Positions 23,151 through 33,152 of a DNA stretch of 64,000 bases are shown one piece after another; position 1 is the stretch's first letter; the number at the start of each line of letters is the position of its first letter. Location: NCBI GenBank assembly GCA_963749915.1, contig CAVVOP010000005.1:256001-320000 (forward strand), written 5' to 3'. The DNA is from an uncultured cyanobacterium. Lineage in GTDB: Bacteria; Cyanobacteriota; Cyanobacteriia; Cyanobacteriales; Cyanobacteriaceae. Both the position numbers and the translations under genes were made by a program. The notes under the pieces were generated by a model that worked only from the letters and a program-made list of their open reading frames with translations, made no database searches and was not told where the DNA came from.

Positions 23151-23750
23151 TTAATTTCTTTTCCTTGTTTTGTTGTTCACTTTTTTGGCGTTTTGACCAA
23201 CAGTTTTTTGACGACGAGAATCAATCGCCTTTGATTTATTAACCTTTTTTCTCCCCGACTTTAACCAACTATCAATATTATCTGCTACAGAATGACTCAT
23301 AGCCCCTAATTCTAAACCAATAAAGAAGGATAATACCTCTCGCCAATATTCATTTTTTATCACTTTATAACTATTCACCATAAAATTTTGCCAATGCCAC
23401 CCAAAACCAAAAATTAATTGTGCGATCGCCACTAAAAAAATTGCGAGGATAAATAAAATAAGACCGAGATAGAAGACACGGATAATAGTACCAATCATAA
23501 AGCCGTGAGAAAAAAAAGAACGATGCTTGAGACTTTTTTGGTAGGGAAGCCAAATCGACTGAAAAAACCGCCAACGTTGATATTGTATTGAATAAATATC
23601 TAAATCAGGACCAAACATCAAACCACTAAAGATAAAGGCGATACTGGCTAATAAAGCTAAATCTGAGCGTTTAGTTAAGAGGAGAAAAGTTGTCAAAACA
23701 AAGGGCAGACAAAGCCAGGTTATTAGATCATGATTTTTTCCGGAAGGCAT
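23151..23750 (-). CDS. Membrane metal-binding protein (DUF2227-like)
   Basis: MPSGKNHD, GPDLD, KHRSFFSH, HSVAD motifs with TM helices. Confidence 0.8.
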   Translation of the reverse strand: MPSGKNHDLITWLCLPFVLTTFLLLTKRSDLALLASIAFIFSGLMFGPDLDIYSIQYQRWRFFQSIWLPYQKSLKHRSFFSHGFMIGTIIRVFYLGLILFILAIFLVAIAQLIFGFGWHWQNFMVNSYKVIKNEYWREVLSFFIGLELGAMSHSVADNIDSWLKSGRKKVNKSKAIDSRRQKTVGQNAKKVNNKTRKRN

Positions 23751-23751
23751 C

Positions 23752-23780
23752 TTGCATTTTAAAAAAGTAGTTGTTATAAT
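23752..23780 (+). promoter_or_regulatory. Sigma70-type promoter for tRNA-Val
   Basis: TTGCAT-17 bp-TATAAT with TGn extension, ~20 bp upstream of the tRNA. Confidence 0.7.
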
Positions 23781-23799
23781 GGTCAGTGGCTGTTGTTAA

Positions 23800-23871
23800 G
23801 GGCGATTAGCTCAGTGGTAGAGCGCCTGCCTTACAAGCAGGACGTCACTGGTTCAAATCCAGTATCGCCCA
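23800..23871 (+). tRNA. trnV: tRNA-Val (anticodon TAC)
   Basis: GGGCGAT...ATCGCCC-A acceptor stem, D arm AGCTCAGTGGTAGAGC, anticodon arm cctgc-ctTACaa-gcagg, GGTTCAAATCC T arm. Confidence 0.97.
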
Positions 23872-24145
23872 TTTTAGAATTAAGATTTTCACTTAGTTAG
23901 GATAGCTACATTATTTATTATTTTGTCAAACCAATTTTAATCCATCTGAAGACGATCCTCGGGAATTTTTTCAAGATTTGTTAACAGTCAAAACTTCTTG
24001 GTCTTTACGCTTATTCAACAGTTGCGTTGTTTTCTTTGTCTTGTTCCATCGAAAAATACTTAAACTCGAGTTATTTTTAATATTGCCCGTTGCCCAAAAG
24101 TATTATAAAATGTGAGATTGTTTATAATTCTTCGGAGTTTTACTA

Positions 24146-24241
24146 ATGTCTGGACTAATTGCTTATATCGGATTTCTTGGTGGTTTTTCCGTGATTGCTT
24201 TAATCTTATATTATGGTTTCCGTGCCATTAAATTTCTTTAG
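24146..24241 (+). CDS. petL: Cytochrome b6f subunit PetL (31 aa; not in the ORF track)
   Basis: MSGLIAYIGFLGGFSVIALILYYGFRAIKFL; GGAG RBS upstream. Confidence 0.8.
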   Translation: MSGLIAYIGFLGGFSVIALILYYGFRAIKFL

Positions 24242-24305
24242 ATTTGAAGGTTATTTTTTAGTATCAATTTATTATTACATATATACTGCTGAAGCCGTCT
24301 TACCC

Positions 24306-24452
24306 CAATACTCTTCGGTTAAGGCTAAAATTTATGTTGTGAGGCGAATTAAGAATTAAGAAACAGTTTAATTCTACATTTTAAATTCTTCATGTCTTTA
24401 TTCTAAATTACCCTCCAGAGAGTCGTTTTCGGGCAAATCCCTCGCAGTATTG
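24306..24452. mobile_element. MITE with CAATAC termini (same family as 37757-38096)
   Basis: Left end CAATACTCTTCGGTTAAG; right end CAAATCCCTCGCAGTATTG is the exact reverse complement of the 37757 end. Confidence 0.6.
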
Positions 24453-24613
24453 GGGTTTCCCTTTCTTTATACTTTGCGGTTTTCCCTGAGTATTGTTACT
24501 CATTTCGACCAACGTACACATCCCCTGCTATGTTCGCGGACACAGAAAGAGTTCATTGATATAAAATAAAAATAACGATAACGATAACGATGTCACCCTG
24601 GGGAAAATAGGTC

Positions 24614-25174
24614 ATGAAGGATTTAGATAAATATTATTTAATACTTGAATTACCACAAAATTCGACCAGAGAGGAAATTAAAAATGCCTACAAAAAATTA
24701 GCTAGAAAATGGCACCCTGATAATTTTGTCGGTAATTTAACACAACAAAATTTAGCCAATGAAAAGTTTATAAAAATTAGCGAAGCCTATCAGATATTAA
24801 TTAATGAAAATGAAAGTTTGAAGTCTGAAAATTTATCATCAGAATTAAAAACTAATATTGAAGGAGATGTTTCCCAATATTATTATCGCTTAGGAGTGTT
24901 AGCTGCTGAAAAGGATGAATGGCAAGAAGCAATCCATTATTTTAATAGTGCAATAAAAATTAATAATAACTTTACTGAAGCTTATTTTTATCGAGCAACA
25001 GTCTTAGAAAAACAGGGATTTAATTTGAGAGCAAAAGCAGATTATAGTAGATTTAATCGGTTAAAACTAAAACTTAATAAGAAAAAATATCAAGGTTATA
25101 ATATTAATTATAATTATCAATCATCGAGAGTTAATTTTGTTAAAAATAGGCCCAATATTAAACTTTTTTTTTAA
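24614..25174 (+). CDS. DnaJ-domain + TPR protein
   Basis: YYLILEL...KKLARKWHPD J-domain followed by TPR helices. Confidence 0.9.
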   Translation: MKDLDKYYLILELPQNSTREEIKNAYKKLARKWHPDNFVGNLTQQNLANEKFIKISEAYQILINENESLKSENLSSELKTNIEGDVSQYYYRLGVLAAEKDEWQEAIHYFNSAIKINNNFTEAYFYRATVLEKQGFNLRAKADYSRFNRLKLKLNKKKYQGYNINYNYQSSRVNFVKNRPNIKLFF

Positions 25175-25440
25175 TGTTCTGTCTAGGATTTTTTATCGTC
25201 CTATTATTTTTCCGTCGGTAAAGGTTTACTATCCTGAATATCAGCCAATATTTTTTATGGCTCTTCTAGAGTAGCTGTGGTTAAATAATATAAAATAATT
25301 GCTACAAAGCTTGTATTATAAAAACATTAGCAATTTTTTATTAACTAAAAGAAAAGTTAGCTATCGTTTAGATTATAATAATTTTAAAATACAATGAGAC
25401 TCCCCATAAATTTTTCCTATTTATCATTAACTATTTAAAC

Positions 25441-27024
25441 ATGGCAATAGCAATTGATTTTGGTACAAGCAACACAGTAATAACTCGTATCAGTAAAATA
25501 ACGGGAGAAACAGAAATTATTAAATTAGGCAATATTGCCCAAAATAATCCGAAGACACCGCCATTAATTCCTAGTTTGGTATATGTAAATAACGCTCTAG
25601 AAGAAAATATAATTATCGGGCAAAAAGTTAGAAATAAAGGATTAGATGTGAATAATAATCCCCGTTATTTTCGTAATTTTAAGAGGGGAATTGGGACAGA
25701 AATACAGGGATTTTTACCCCAATTAGAAGGCAAAAATATCAGTTTTGAAAATATCGGTCGCTGGTTTTTAATGGGCATTTTAAGAGAATTAAAAGAGACT
25801 CCAGATAGTTTAATTTTAACTGTTCCCATTGATAGTTTTGAAAATTATCGTCATTGGTTAACAGGTATTTGTGAACAGTGGAATATAGATCAAATTAGAA
25901 TTATTGATGAACCAACGGCGGCGGCTTTAGGTTATGGTACCCAAAATGATAATTTATTGTTAGTGGTGGATTTTGGTGGCGGTACCATCGACTTTTCTTT
26001 GGTGGAATTAGACCTAGGAAAAAGCAAACAAGCTCAAGGTTTCATCTTAAAATGGGGAGAAAAATTATTAGGACAAAATTCTGCCCAAAAAACAAAATTA
26101 GCTAAAGTAATCGCTAAAACTGGCACTAATTTAGGAGGTTGTGACTTAGATAATTGGATTTTAGATTATTTTCACACTAATCAAGGGGTTGTTAAATCTT
26201 CCCTTACCACACGACTTGCGGAAAGATTGAAAATTCAGCTATCCAGTCAAAAAACTGCCCAAGAAGTTTTTTTTGACGATCGCACCCTAGAGACTTATGA
26301 TTTACGGCTAGACAGGGTTAAATTTGAGCAAATCTTGACCGAAAACCTTTTTTTTGACAAATTAGATCAATTAATAGATAACGTCTTACAACAGGCAAAA
26401 CGTGGCGGTATCGATATTATTGATATTGATAAAGTTTTATTAGTCGGTGGTAGTGGACAAATTCCTGCGGTACAAAAATGGCTACAAAAATATTTTCCCT
26501 TGGAAAAAATTAAAAGCGATCAACCTTTTTCTGCCATCGCCATGGGGGCTTTAAAATTAGAACAAGGTTTACAGGTCAAAGATTTTCTGTACCACAGTTA
26601 TGGCATTCGTTACTGGAATCGTCGCCAAAAACGTCATGATTGGCATACTATTATCCCCAGTGGACAACCTTACCCTATGACGAACCCCATTGAGTTAACT
26701 TTAGGTGCATCGGCAGAAAATCAACCGAGTATTGAATTAATTATCGGAGAGTTAGGAGAACAAAACACCAGTACTGAAGTGTATTTCGATGGCGATCGCC
26801 TTATCACCCGTAACCTAACTCAAGGAGATAAGAAAGTGCAACCCTTGAACGATAACAAGGGAGGAAAAACTATTGCCAGATTAAATCCCCAAGGCACACC
26901 TGGAAGGGATCGCATTAAAGTATTATTTATGGTAGATGAAAAAAGATCATTAAAAATTACCGTCGAAGACTTACTAACCAACGAGACATTATTAGATAAC
27001 GTGATGGTAGCTAATTTATCCTGA
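25441..27024 (+). CDS. Hsp70/DnaK-family protein (atypical)
   Basis: IAIDFGTSNT, IIDEPTAAALGY, VVDFGGGTID, LLVGGSGQIP. Confidence 0.92.
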   Translation: MAIAIDFGTSNTVITRISKITGETEIIKLGNIAQNNPKTPPLIPSLVYVNNALEENIIIGQKVRNKGLDVNNNPRYFRNFKRGIGTEIQGFLPQLEGKNISFENIGRWFLMGILRELKETPDSLILTVPIDSFENYRHWLTGICEQWNIDQIRIIDEPTAAALGYGTQNDNLLLVVDFGGGTIDFSLVELDLGKSKQAQGFILKWGEKLLGQNSAQKTKLAKVIAKTGTNLGGCDLDNWILDYFHTNQGVVKSSLTTRLAERLKIQLSSQKTAQEVFFDDRTLETYDLRLDRVKFEQILTENLFFDKLDQLIDNVLQQAKRGGIDIIDIDKVLLVGGSGQIPAVQKWLQKYFPLEKIKSDQPFSAIAMGALKLEQGLQVKDFLYHSYGIRYWNRRQKRHDWHTIIPSGQPYPMTNPIELTLGASAENQPSIELIIGELGEQNTSTEVYFDGDRLITRNLTQGDKKVQPLNDNKGGKTIARLNPQGTPGRDRIKVLFMVDEKRSLKITVEDLLTNETLLDNVMVANLS

Positions 27025-27115
27025 GATAGCAACAGGGCAAACCCCTTTAAATTTTATTGAGCCAAAAATAAAGATGCCAAAGTAAAAAAGCCGATATTTT
27101 AATCAATCTTCTTTT

Positions 27116-27304
27116 ATGAATAGAAAAACTCGGAAAATAAATAAAAGTTTACGTTTATTAATCATTATTTTCACACCTCTAACTCTAATTTTGTATTTAT
27201 TAAGGGGATTTGGTTTACTCGGTTTTTTACCCGGTGGAATATTATTATTCCTTATGATCACTTCTGTTTTTATCTTGATTGGTTTTTTAACCTCACTTCG
27301 ATGA
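27116..27304 (+). CDS. Small two-TM membrane hypothetical protein
   Basis: 62-aa ORF with two hydrophobic helices (LRGFGLLGFLPGG). Confidence 0.65.
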   Translation: MNRKTRKINKSLRLLIIIFTPLTLILYLLRGFGLLGFLPGGILLFLMITSVFILIGFLTSLR

Positions 27305-27323
27305 AATCAAAGGTAGAATTTAA

Positions 27324-29171
27324 CTAACTGTCCATAACGCAGACTACCCGAAAGCCGATAAAGTTATAGTTAGAGTCAGGGGCATAATTTCCTCTTTTTG
27401 CACTGCGACAGTAATCTGATGATAGTGACCATGAGCCTCCCCTTACCACTCTTGCTTGATTGGCTATAGAAGTATAAAAAGCCGATCCATTTTTCGGTTT
27501 ATGAATATAGTTATTAGCGTAATGATCTTCGCACCATTCCCAAACATTACCGTGAAAATCATATAAACCGAAAGGATTGGGGTAAAAGTTACCTACTGGG
27601 GTGGTTTTTTTCTCGAATTTATCCGTATTTTTTTTATTTTCATCATTTTGTGCATTATAGTTGGCAAGATCTGGGATAATGCTTTCTCCGAAAAAGAAAG
27701 GAGTTTTTGTATTGCCACGACAGGCATATTCCCATTCTGATTCCGTTGGAAGACGATAAGTTCTTCCTGTATATTTACCGAGACGTTTACAAAATTCTTG
27801 GGCATCTAACCAAGATACTTTTTCTACGGGTAAGTTATCTCCTTTATAAAAAGAAGGGTTATTTTTGATGGGGCGATTGACTTTTGGAAAAGATGATACT
27901 ATCCGCCATTGTAATTGAGTAATGGGATATTTACTCACATAAAACGACCCTAGTTTGACTAAATGTTGCGGATTTTCGTCTTTATCCCTACCATTTTCGC
28001 TGTTACTCGATCCCATCATAAATGATCCAGAAGGAATAAATATCATATCAAGGTTGACCCCCTCTCCAATATATTCCACAAAAAATTGCCTTGTTATGGT
28101 GACAACATTTTTTTTGATATTGGACATTAAACCAAATAATTTTTTTTCTGCATCAATGGTAATTGTTTCAAAAGTAAATTCCTCGATGACGGGATAATTA
28201 GTTTTTGGCTTAGTAATGCTCGGAGGTGCAGTGACAGATGATTTATTTTGAATGATGGTTTCTTCATTTTCTACTGCACTGGGCAAAAGAGGAAGTGCTT
28301 TTTCTGGAGTAATCTGTTTTTGTTGTGTTGTCTCATTGCTAATGATTATCCGATTTTTTTTAAATAGTTGGAAAAAATCTCGCAAATATTGGGGGCGTTC
28401 TTCCTGTTGTAATTCCATACCCTTAATAATAGCCTGGTTGAAGTTATCGCTAATATCTGAATTGAATTGCTGGGGAGGGATTAAATTTTTATATTCTCTG
28501 AATTTGGCGGAAGTTGGTAATTGAGCAGTAACTAAGACATAAAGTGTGGCGGCTAAGGAATAAATATCTGTACAAGGTCTAATTCTGCCATTTTTACCTA
28601 ACTGTTCCGGAGATAAAAAGCAATCTGTCATGGCATTTTGATTTTTCCTCGGTGCTAAGCCGAAGAGTTTCACAGCCAATCCATAATCCCCTAAAATCGG
28701 CTCTTGAGTATTTTTGTCAATGATAATATTTTGTGGTTTAACATCTTGATGAATACATTTATTTTGATGCAAAATATTGATAGCTGTACCTATTTTCGTA
28801 ATCAATTTTAAAGCTTCATCGGGTTCAAATTTGCCGTGATAATCAACATATGTCGCTAAATCTGCTCCATGGAGATAATCCATTACCATGTAGGAATCTT
28901 CGTCTTCTAGGAATACTTGGGGATAGAGATTGATAATATGGGGATTTTGACAATTATTGGCTATCTGTTCTGCTTGTTGAATTAATTTCTGTTCTGATAT
29001 TTGCCCATTTTCTTGAGATTGCCAAAACATATTAATAGTTTTGATGGTAACTAATTGAGCACTTTTGGTATCTTTAGCTCGATAATAAAATCCCGAACCA
29101 CTTCTTGGCAAAATAGATTCAATTACATATTGACCATTATTTAATTGTTTTCCCTTTTTCCAATTGCTCAT
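27324..29171 (-). CDS. Ser/Thr kinase fused to a formylglycine-generating enzyme (FGE/SUMF1) domain
   Basis: HQDVKPQNII, DYGLA, SPEQ; FMMGS, RLPTESEWEYACR, NPFGLYDFHGNVWEW, RGGSW, IGFRVV. Confidence 0.92.
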   Translation of the reverse strand: MSNWKKGKQLNNGQYVIESILPRSGSGFYYRAKDTKSAQLVTIKTINMFWQSQENGQISEQKLIQQAEQIANNCQNPHIINLYPQVFLEDEDSYMVMDYLHGADLATYVDYHGKFEPDEALKLITKIGTAINILHQNKCIHQDVKPQNIIIDKNTQEPILGDYGLAVKLFGLAPRKNQNAMTDCFLSPEQLGKNGRIRPCTDIYSLAATLYVLVTAQLPTSAKFREYKNLIPPQQFNSDISDNFNQAIIKGMELQQEERPQYLRDFFQLFKKNRIIISNETTQQKQITPEKALPLLPSAVENEETIIQNKSSVTAPPSITKPKTNYPVIEEFTFETITIDAEKKLFGLMSNIKKNVVTITRQFFVEYIGEGVNLDMIFIPSGSFMMGSSNSENGRDKDENPQHLVKLGSFYVSKYPITQLQWRIVSSFPKVNRPIKNNPSFYKGDNLPVEKVSWLDAQEFCKRLGKYTGRTYRLPTESEWEYACRGNTKTPFFFGESIIPDLANYNAQNDENKKNTDKFEKKTTPVGNFYPNPFGLYDFHGNVWEWCEDHYANNYIHKPKNGSAFYTSIANQARVVRGGSWSLSSDYCRSAKRGNYAPDSNYNFIGFRVVCVMDS

Positions 29172-29759
29172 TTATACTAAAACTTATTTTTCCACTGCTC
29201 CAATAATAAATAATAATAGTATTCCCGCCTCATTCAATTTTTATTTCTTTAGCTTCTTTTTCTTCCTTTTCCCATTGGACTCTTTTTTTTGTCCGATCCA
29301 TCTAATCCTATTTTTACTATAGCAATCCTAAATAGGTTGTGAACCATTAAATAATAGTTAATAATTCCTAAACTGTTATCAGTTCTATATTCCAAATTTT
29401 AAACTGGCTAAAATATCACAATTCATTAGCCGCTGTAGTGTGCTAAATTGTCATTAACCCTACATTCCACACATCTTCATACATCGTTACACATCTTCAG
29501 ATTGTTCAAGATATTTTTAGGAAAAACCGCCATTAGAGAAATCTATGATCATAAATTTCTCATTATCTTCTCAGAAAAAATTATTTATGTTGCAATTTCT
29601 CATTTTTCTGAAAGTGGATAGTCATAGCTATAATGCCTACAATAAAAGGATCACAGCAGATCTATTAGTAAAAGTTATTGCTTAAAAGTTAAGAACTGCG
29701 GAATTTGGGAACATTAGGTTATATTTTAAATCGTTTCCTATTAAGTCTAAAGAACAATC

Positions 29760-31850
29760 ATGACAATTCTCACGGTTACAAATACAAAAGATAATGGTGT
29801 AGGGTCACTCAGAGCGGCAATGGCTACGGCTCAGACTGGCGACACTATTACATTTGCCTCTAATCTTGCAGGGCGGACAATTACCCTGACAACGGGTGAA
29901 ATTGCTGTTACTAAAAGTCTGAAGATTGACGCGTCTGCGGCTCCTAACCTCCGCATCAGTGGCAATAATAAAAGTCGGATTTTCTCCATCGAAAAATCCT
30001 CCAATGTCTCCATTAAAGGATTAACATTCATCAACGGTCGTGCCGTTGTAGAAGGAACTGGCATTGGTCAGGGGGGTGCCATTAAAGTTAAAGACTACAG
30101 CAAGTTAACCGTTGAAAACAGCACCTTTCGGAGTAATGTTGCCGAGCGGGGTGGGGCCATTCAAGTGGGCTATGGTGGCTCTACAACCGTGCTCAATAGC
30201 ATTTTTGACAGTAACGATGGCTCCATGGCAAAAGATGGCTTCAGTGCGGGTGCCATCGCAACCTCCGGGGCCGGTGGCTCTAATGGGGCGGGCAAACTCG
30301 TGATTAAGGGCAGCAAGTTCACCAATAACAAAGGTGTAGTTGGTGGTGCTGTCTACGTTTTGCTCGGTCCATTAACCATCGAAAACTCAACTTTTAGCAA
30401 CAATCAGAGCTCGAAAGAAGGAGGTGCTGTTTTCACCGATGGTGCCAGTGGCAATGCTTTTGGCGATGATTTAGGTGGAACCACAACAATTTCGGGTAGC
30501 CGATTTGAAGGAAATAAATCGGTAGCTGGCGGTGGTGCACTCTACCTCTGGGGACACACCAACGACGAGTACATCATAAAAGACAGCACTTTGGTTGGCA
30601 ACTCTGTAACCCGGGGCGGGCCAAATAACGTCGGACGGGGGGGGGCGATCCAGCTATCAGGCGGTAACCTTACCCTTGACAGCACAACGATTGCCCGCAA
30701 CACGTCGCCCGTGCAAGGTGGAGGGTTATGGGTCAATAACAACAAAAGTACTGCATCTGTCGATATTATAAACTCCACCTTTTCCGAGAACACCGCCGAG
30801 CAAGATGCTGGCGGCGGAATATACTTCTTAGTGTCAGACACAAAACGTGTCCAAATCACCAATTCGACCCTGGTAAACAACCGGGCTGGAAGGGATGCAG
30901 GAGCTATCTGGACCAGTGGTAAAACCCGGGATGTGACCCTGAAAAACACTCTGTTTGCTGGGAATACGGCAACCAATACCCGACAAGGCAATACTAACTT
31001 CCAATTAAAGGATGGCGGAGGTAATTTTGTCGAAACCCTGGCGGGCAATAAAGGACCCAGCGTAACGGCCACGGCTGAGTATGTGGGTGACTTGAAACTA
31101 GGACCAGTGCAGTTAATCGGTGACGATCTGGTGCATCCCTTGCTAGCGGGCAGTCCTGCTATTAATACGGGGGTCAGCGGTGCACCTACGACGGATCAGC
31201 GGGGCGTTTCGCGAGAGGGTAAACCCGATGCCGGTGCTTACGAATTCACCACCGTACCGGGTAATCTCACCCTCATCGCTGCCACGGGCAACGACTCCCT
31301 CATCGGTGCCACGGGCAACGATTACCTCAACGGTCTTGCGGGTGACGACTACCTCAATGGTCTCGCGGGTAACGACTCCCTCATCGGCGCCACGGGCAAC
31401 GATTACCTCAACGGTGGCACGGGTAACGACTCCTTATACGGTGGTGCGGGCAAAGACTTCCTGCTAGGCTCCTCTGGCAATGATCTAATCACCGGTGGTG
31501 ACGGCACTGATACTATGAATGGCGGTGCTGGCTCTGATAAATTTCGTTTCCCAAACGTTACCCATAGTAGGGCGGGTATTTCCCGTGACATCATAACAGA
31601 TTTCATCACTGGCGTTGATGATATCGATCTGTCGGCAATAGATTCAAACTTAAGTGTTGCAGGCAATCAGACTTTTACCTTTATAGGTACAGGCAGTTTT
31701 ACCGGTGTTGGTGACGGAGAAGTACGTTACTATCAACTTGGTGGGGATACCATTATTCAGGTGGACAGACAGGGTAACGGTATAAGTGCAGAAATGGCAG
31801 TCCAACTCACGGGTTTAATTAATCTTGTAGCAGGTGATTTCATCCTCTAA
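29760..31850 (+). CDS. Secreted calcium-binding RTX-repeat protein with polymorphic-membrane-protein-like beta-helix repeats
   Basis: GSLRAA N-terminus, repeated FxxN...GGAI, SPAIN..TDQRG..PDAGAYE, GGxGxDxL nonamers, serralysin-like C-terminus (DIITDF..IDLS..DFIL). Confidence 0.88.
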   Translation: MTILTVTNTKDNGVGSLRAAMATAQTGDTITFASNLAGRTITLTTGEIAVTKSLKIDASAAPNLRISGNNKSRIFSIEKSSNVSIKGLTFINGRAVVEGTGIGQGGAIKVKDYSKLTVENSTFRSNVAERGGAIQVGYGGSTTVLNSIFDSNDGSMAKDGFSAGAIATSGAGGSNGAGKLVIKGSKFTNNKGVVGGAVYVLLGPLTIENSTFSNNQSSKEGGAVFTDGASGNAFGDDLGGTTTISGSRFEGNKSVAGGGALYLWGHTNDEYIIKDSTLVGNSVTRGGPNNVGRGGAIQLSGGNLTLDSTTIARNTSPVQGGGLWVNNNKSTASVDIINSTFSENTAEQDAGGGIYFLVSDTKRVQITNSTLVNNRAGRDAGAIWTSGKTRDVTLKNTLFAGNTATNTRQGNTNFQLKDGGGNFVETLAGNKGPSVTATAEYVGDLKLGPVQLIGDDLVHPLLAGSPAINTGVSGAPTTDQRGVSREGKPDAGAYEFTTVPGNLTLIAATGNDSLIGATGNDYLNGLAGDDYLNGLAGNDSLIGATGNDYLNGGTGNDSLYGGAGKDFLLGSSGNDLITGGDGTDTMNGGAGSDKFRFPNVTHSRAGISRDIITDFITGVDDIDLSAIDSNLSVAGNQTFTFIGTGSFTGVGDGEVRYYQLGGDTIIQVDRQGNGISAEMAVQLTGLINLVAGDFIL
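31280..31540 (+). repeat. 27-bp tandem RTX nonapeptide repeats
   Basis: gccacgggcaacgactccctcatcggt / gccacgggcaacgattacctcaacggt units. Confidence 0.85.
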
Positions 31851-32192
31851 CTACTCAAGTTGATGAATAAAAGAATCAATACTTTTATCGAATCTTCTCA
31901 ATAAGTTATGGGAAAATTTAAGTCTGGGGGAACTCACCGAGAATAGTTAAACTCGTGTTTTAGCATTTTGACAGACGGTGGATTAAGCCATCATCTTAAT
32001 GTTCAGGTCAAGGATTTTTCGGCACTTACCCTCAAAGGAGTGAAATTGAGAAACTACCGAAAAAATCAAAACCCCCAGCCAATCAACGATTCGTCGTTAC
32101 TTGAGGCTACCTAAAACTGTAATAACAAGTTGTTGTTGATGTTACTGTTTCGGAAAGCTCAATGGTGAAGGTTAAAGTTGTATTTAGTCCTT

Positions 32193-32396
32193 TTAAAGTA
32201 AGCCAGTATTCGCTCCGGGGCGTCCAGTAACTAATTTGACTTTAACGATAGATCCACCCATTTTTTGGATTCTTTGTTGTTCTTTAAACCAGTTATCATA
32301 AGGAACTAATTTGGTAAAATAGGTGTTTTGCAATTCTCTTTGAGTTCTAATTCTGCTTTGACTTGGTACACAAGCAGTTACTTGAAACATTCTCAT
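32193..32396 (-). CDS. apcC: Phycobilisome small core linker
   Basis: RTQRELQNTYFTKLVPYDNWFKEQQRIQKMGG. Confidence 0.98.
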   Translation of the reverse strand: MRMFQVTACVPSQSRIRTQRELQNTYFTKLVPYDNWFKEQQRIQKMGGSIVKVKLVTGRPGANTGLL

Positions 32397-32666
32397 GGGG
32401 ATTAGTCTCCTTGATGATTAAATCTCTTTTTCAACTTTTTTCGGAAAATTAGTTTGTTTATATAAAAACAGTTAATTTTTAGTTCTAATTACTCAGATCT
32501 AAATTTTAGTTTATGTAAAATTTTAATGATAACGGTTAGGAGTCAAGAGTCAATACTAAACCAATTAAGCCATCTTACAGTCCAATTAAACTAGCACTCA
32601 CTCCGGACTTTCCTAACCTTTGCTTAGGTTTTTTAAAAGCGTTAATTACTGAATACCAGTAATCAA

Positions 32667-33152
32667 TTAGCTTAAACCAGAGCTAATGTAATCGAAGTAA
32701 ACACCCATTTCTTTTCCAGCATCAGCACCCACTAAACTAGCAGTAACTTCCTTCATTGCTTGGATTGCCTGAATGGTAGAGCTTATAGGTACACCTAAAG
32801 AGTTGTAGGTTTCTTTTAAACCGTTGAGTACACGCTCATCGAGAATAGAAGCATCACCAGCTAACATAGCATAGGTAGAATAGCGGAGATAGTAGTCTAA
32901 GTCACGAATACAAGCGGCGTAACGACGAGTGGTGTACATATTACCACCGGGGCGAGTTACGTCAGAGTATAATAGGGATTTAGCCACAGCTTCTTTAACG
33001 ATGGTAGCAGCGTTGGCACTGATTACGCTAGCGGCACGAACACGGAGTTGTCCAGTTTGGAAGTAGCTTTTTAATTTACCTAAAGCGTTGGCGTCGAGGT
33101 ACTTACCTTGTACATCGGAGGAGTTGATTACAGCAGTAATTGCGTCTTGCAT
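32667..33152 (-). CDS. apcB: Allophycocyanin beta subunit
   Basis: [34 protein letters not shown]. Confidence 0.99.
   Translation of the reverse strand: MQDAITAVINSSDVQGKYLDANALGKLKSYFQTGQLRVRAASVISANAATIVKEAVAKSLLYSDVTRPGGNMYTTRRYAACIRDLDYYLRYSTYAMLAGDASILDERVLNGLKETYNSLGVPISSTIQAIQAMKEVTASLVGADAGKEMGVYFDYISSGLS

Noticed and set aside
23800..24600. tRNA-Val as an integration site for an island
   Set aside because: No integrase and no duplicated tRNA 3' end were found in the window.
29230..29301. 23-aa minus-strand ORF MDRTKKRVQWEKEEKEAKEIKIE upstream of the kinase gene
   Set aside because: Too short and low-complexity to support as a gene; possibly a remnant.
29831..31666. Several antisense or alternate-frame ORFs within the RTX gene
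   Set aside because: Expected by-products of the higher GC and repeats.
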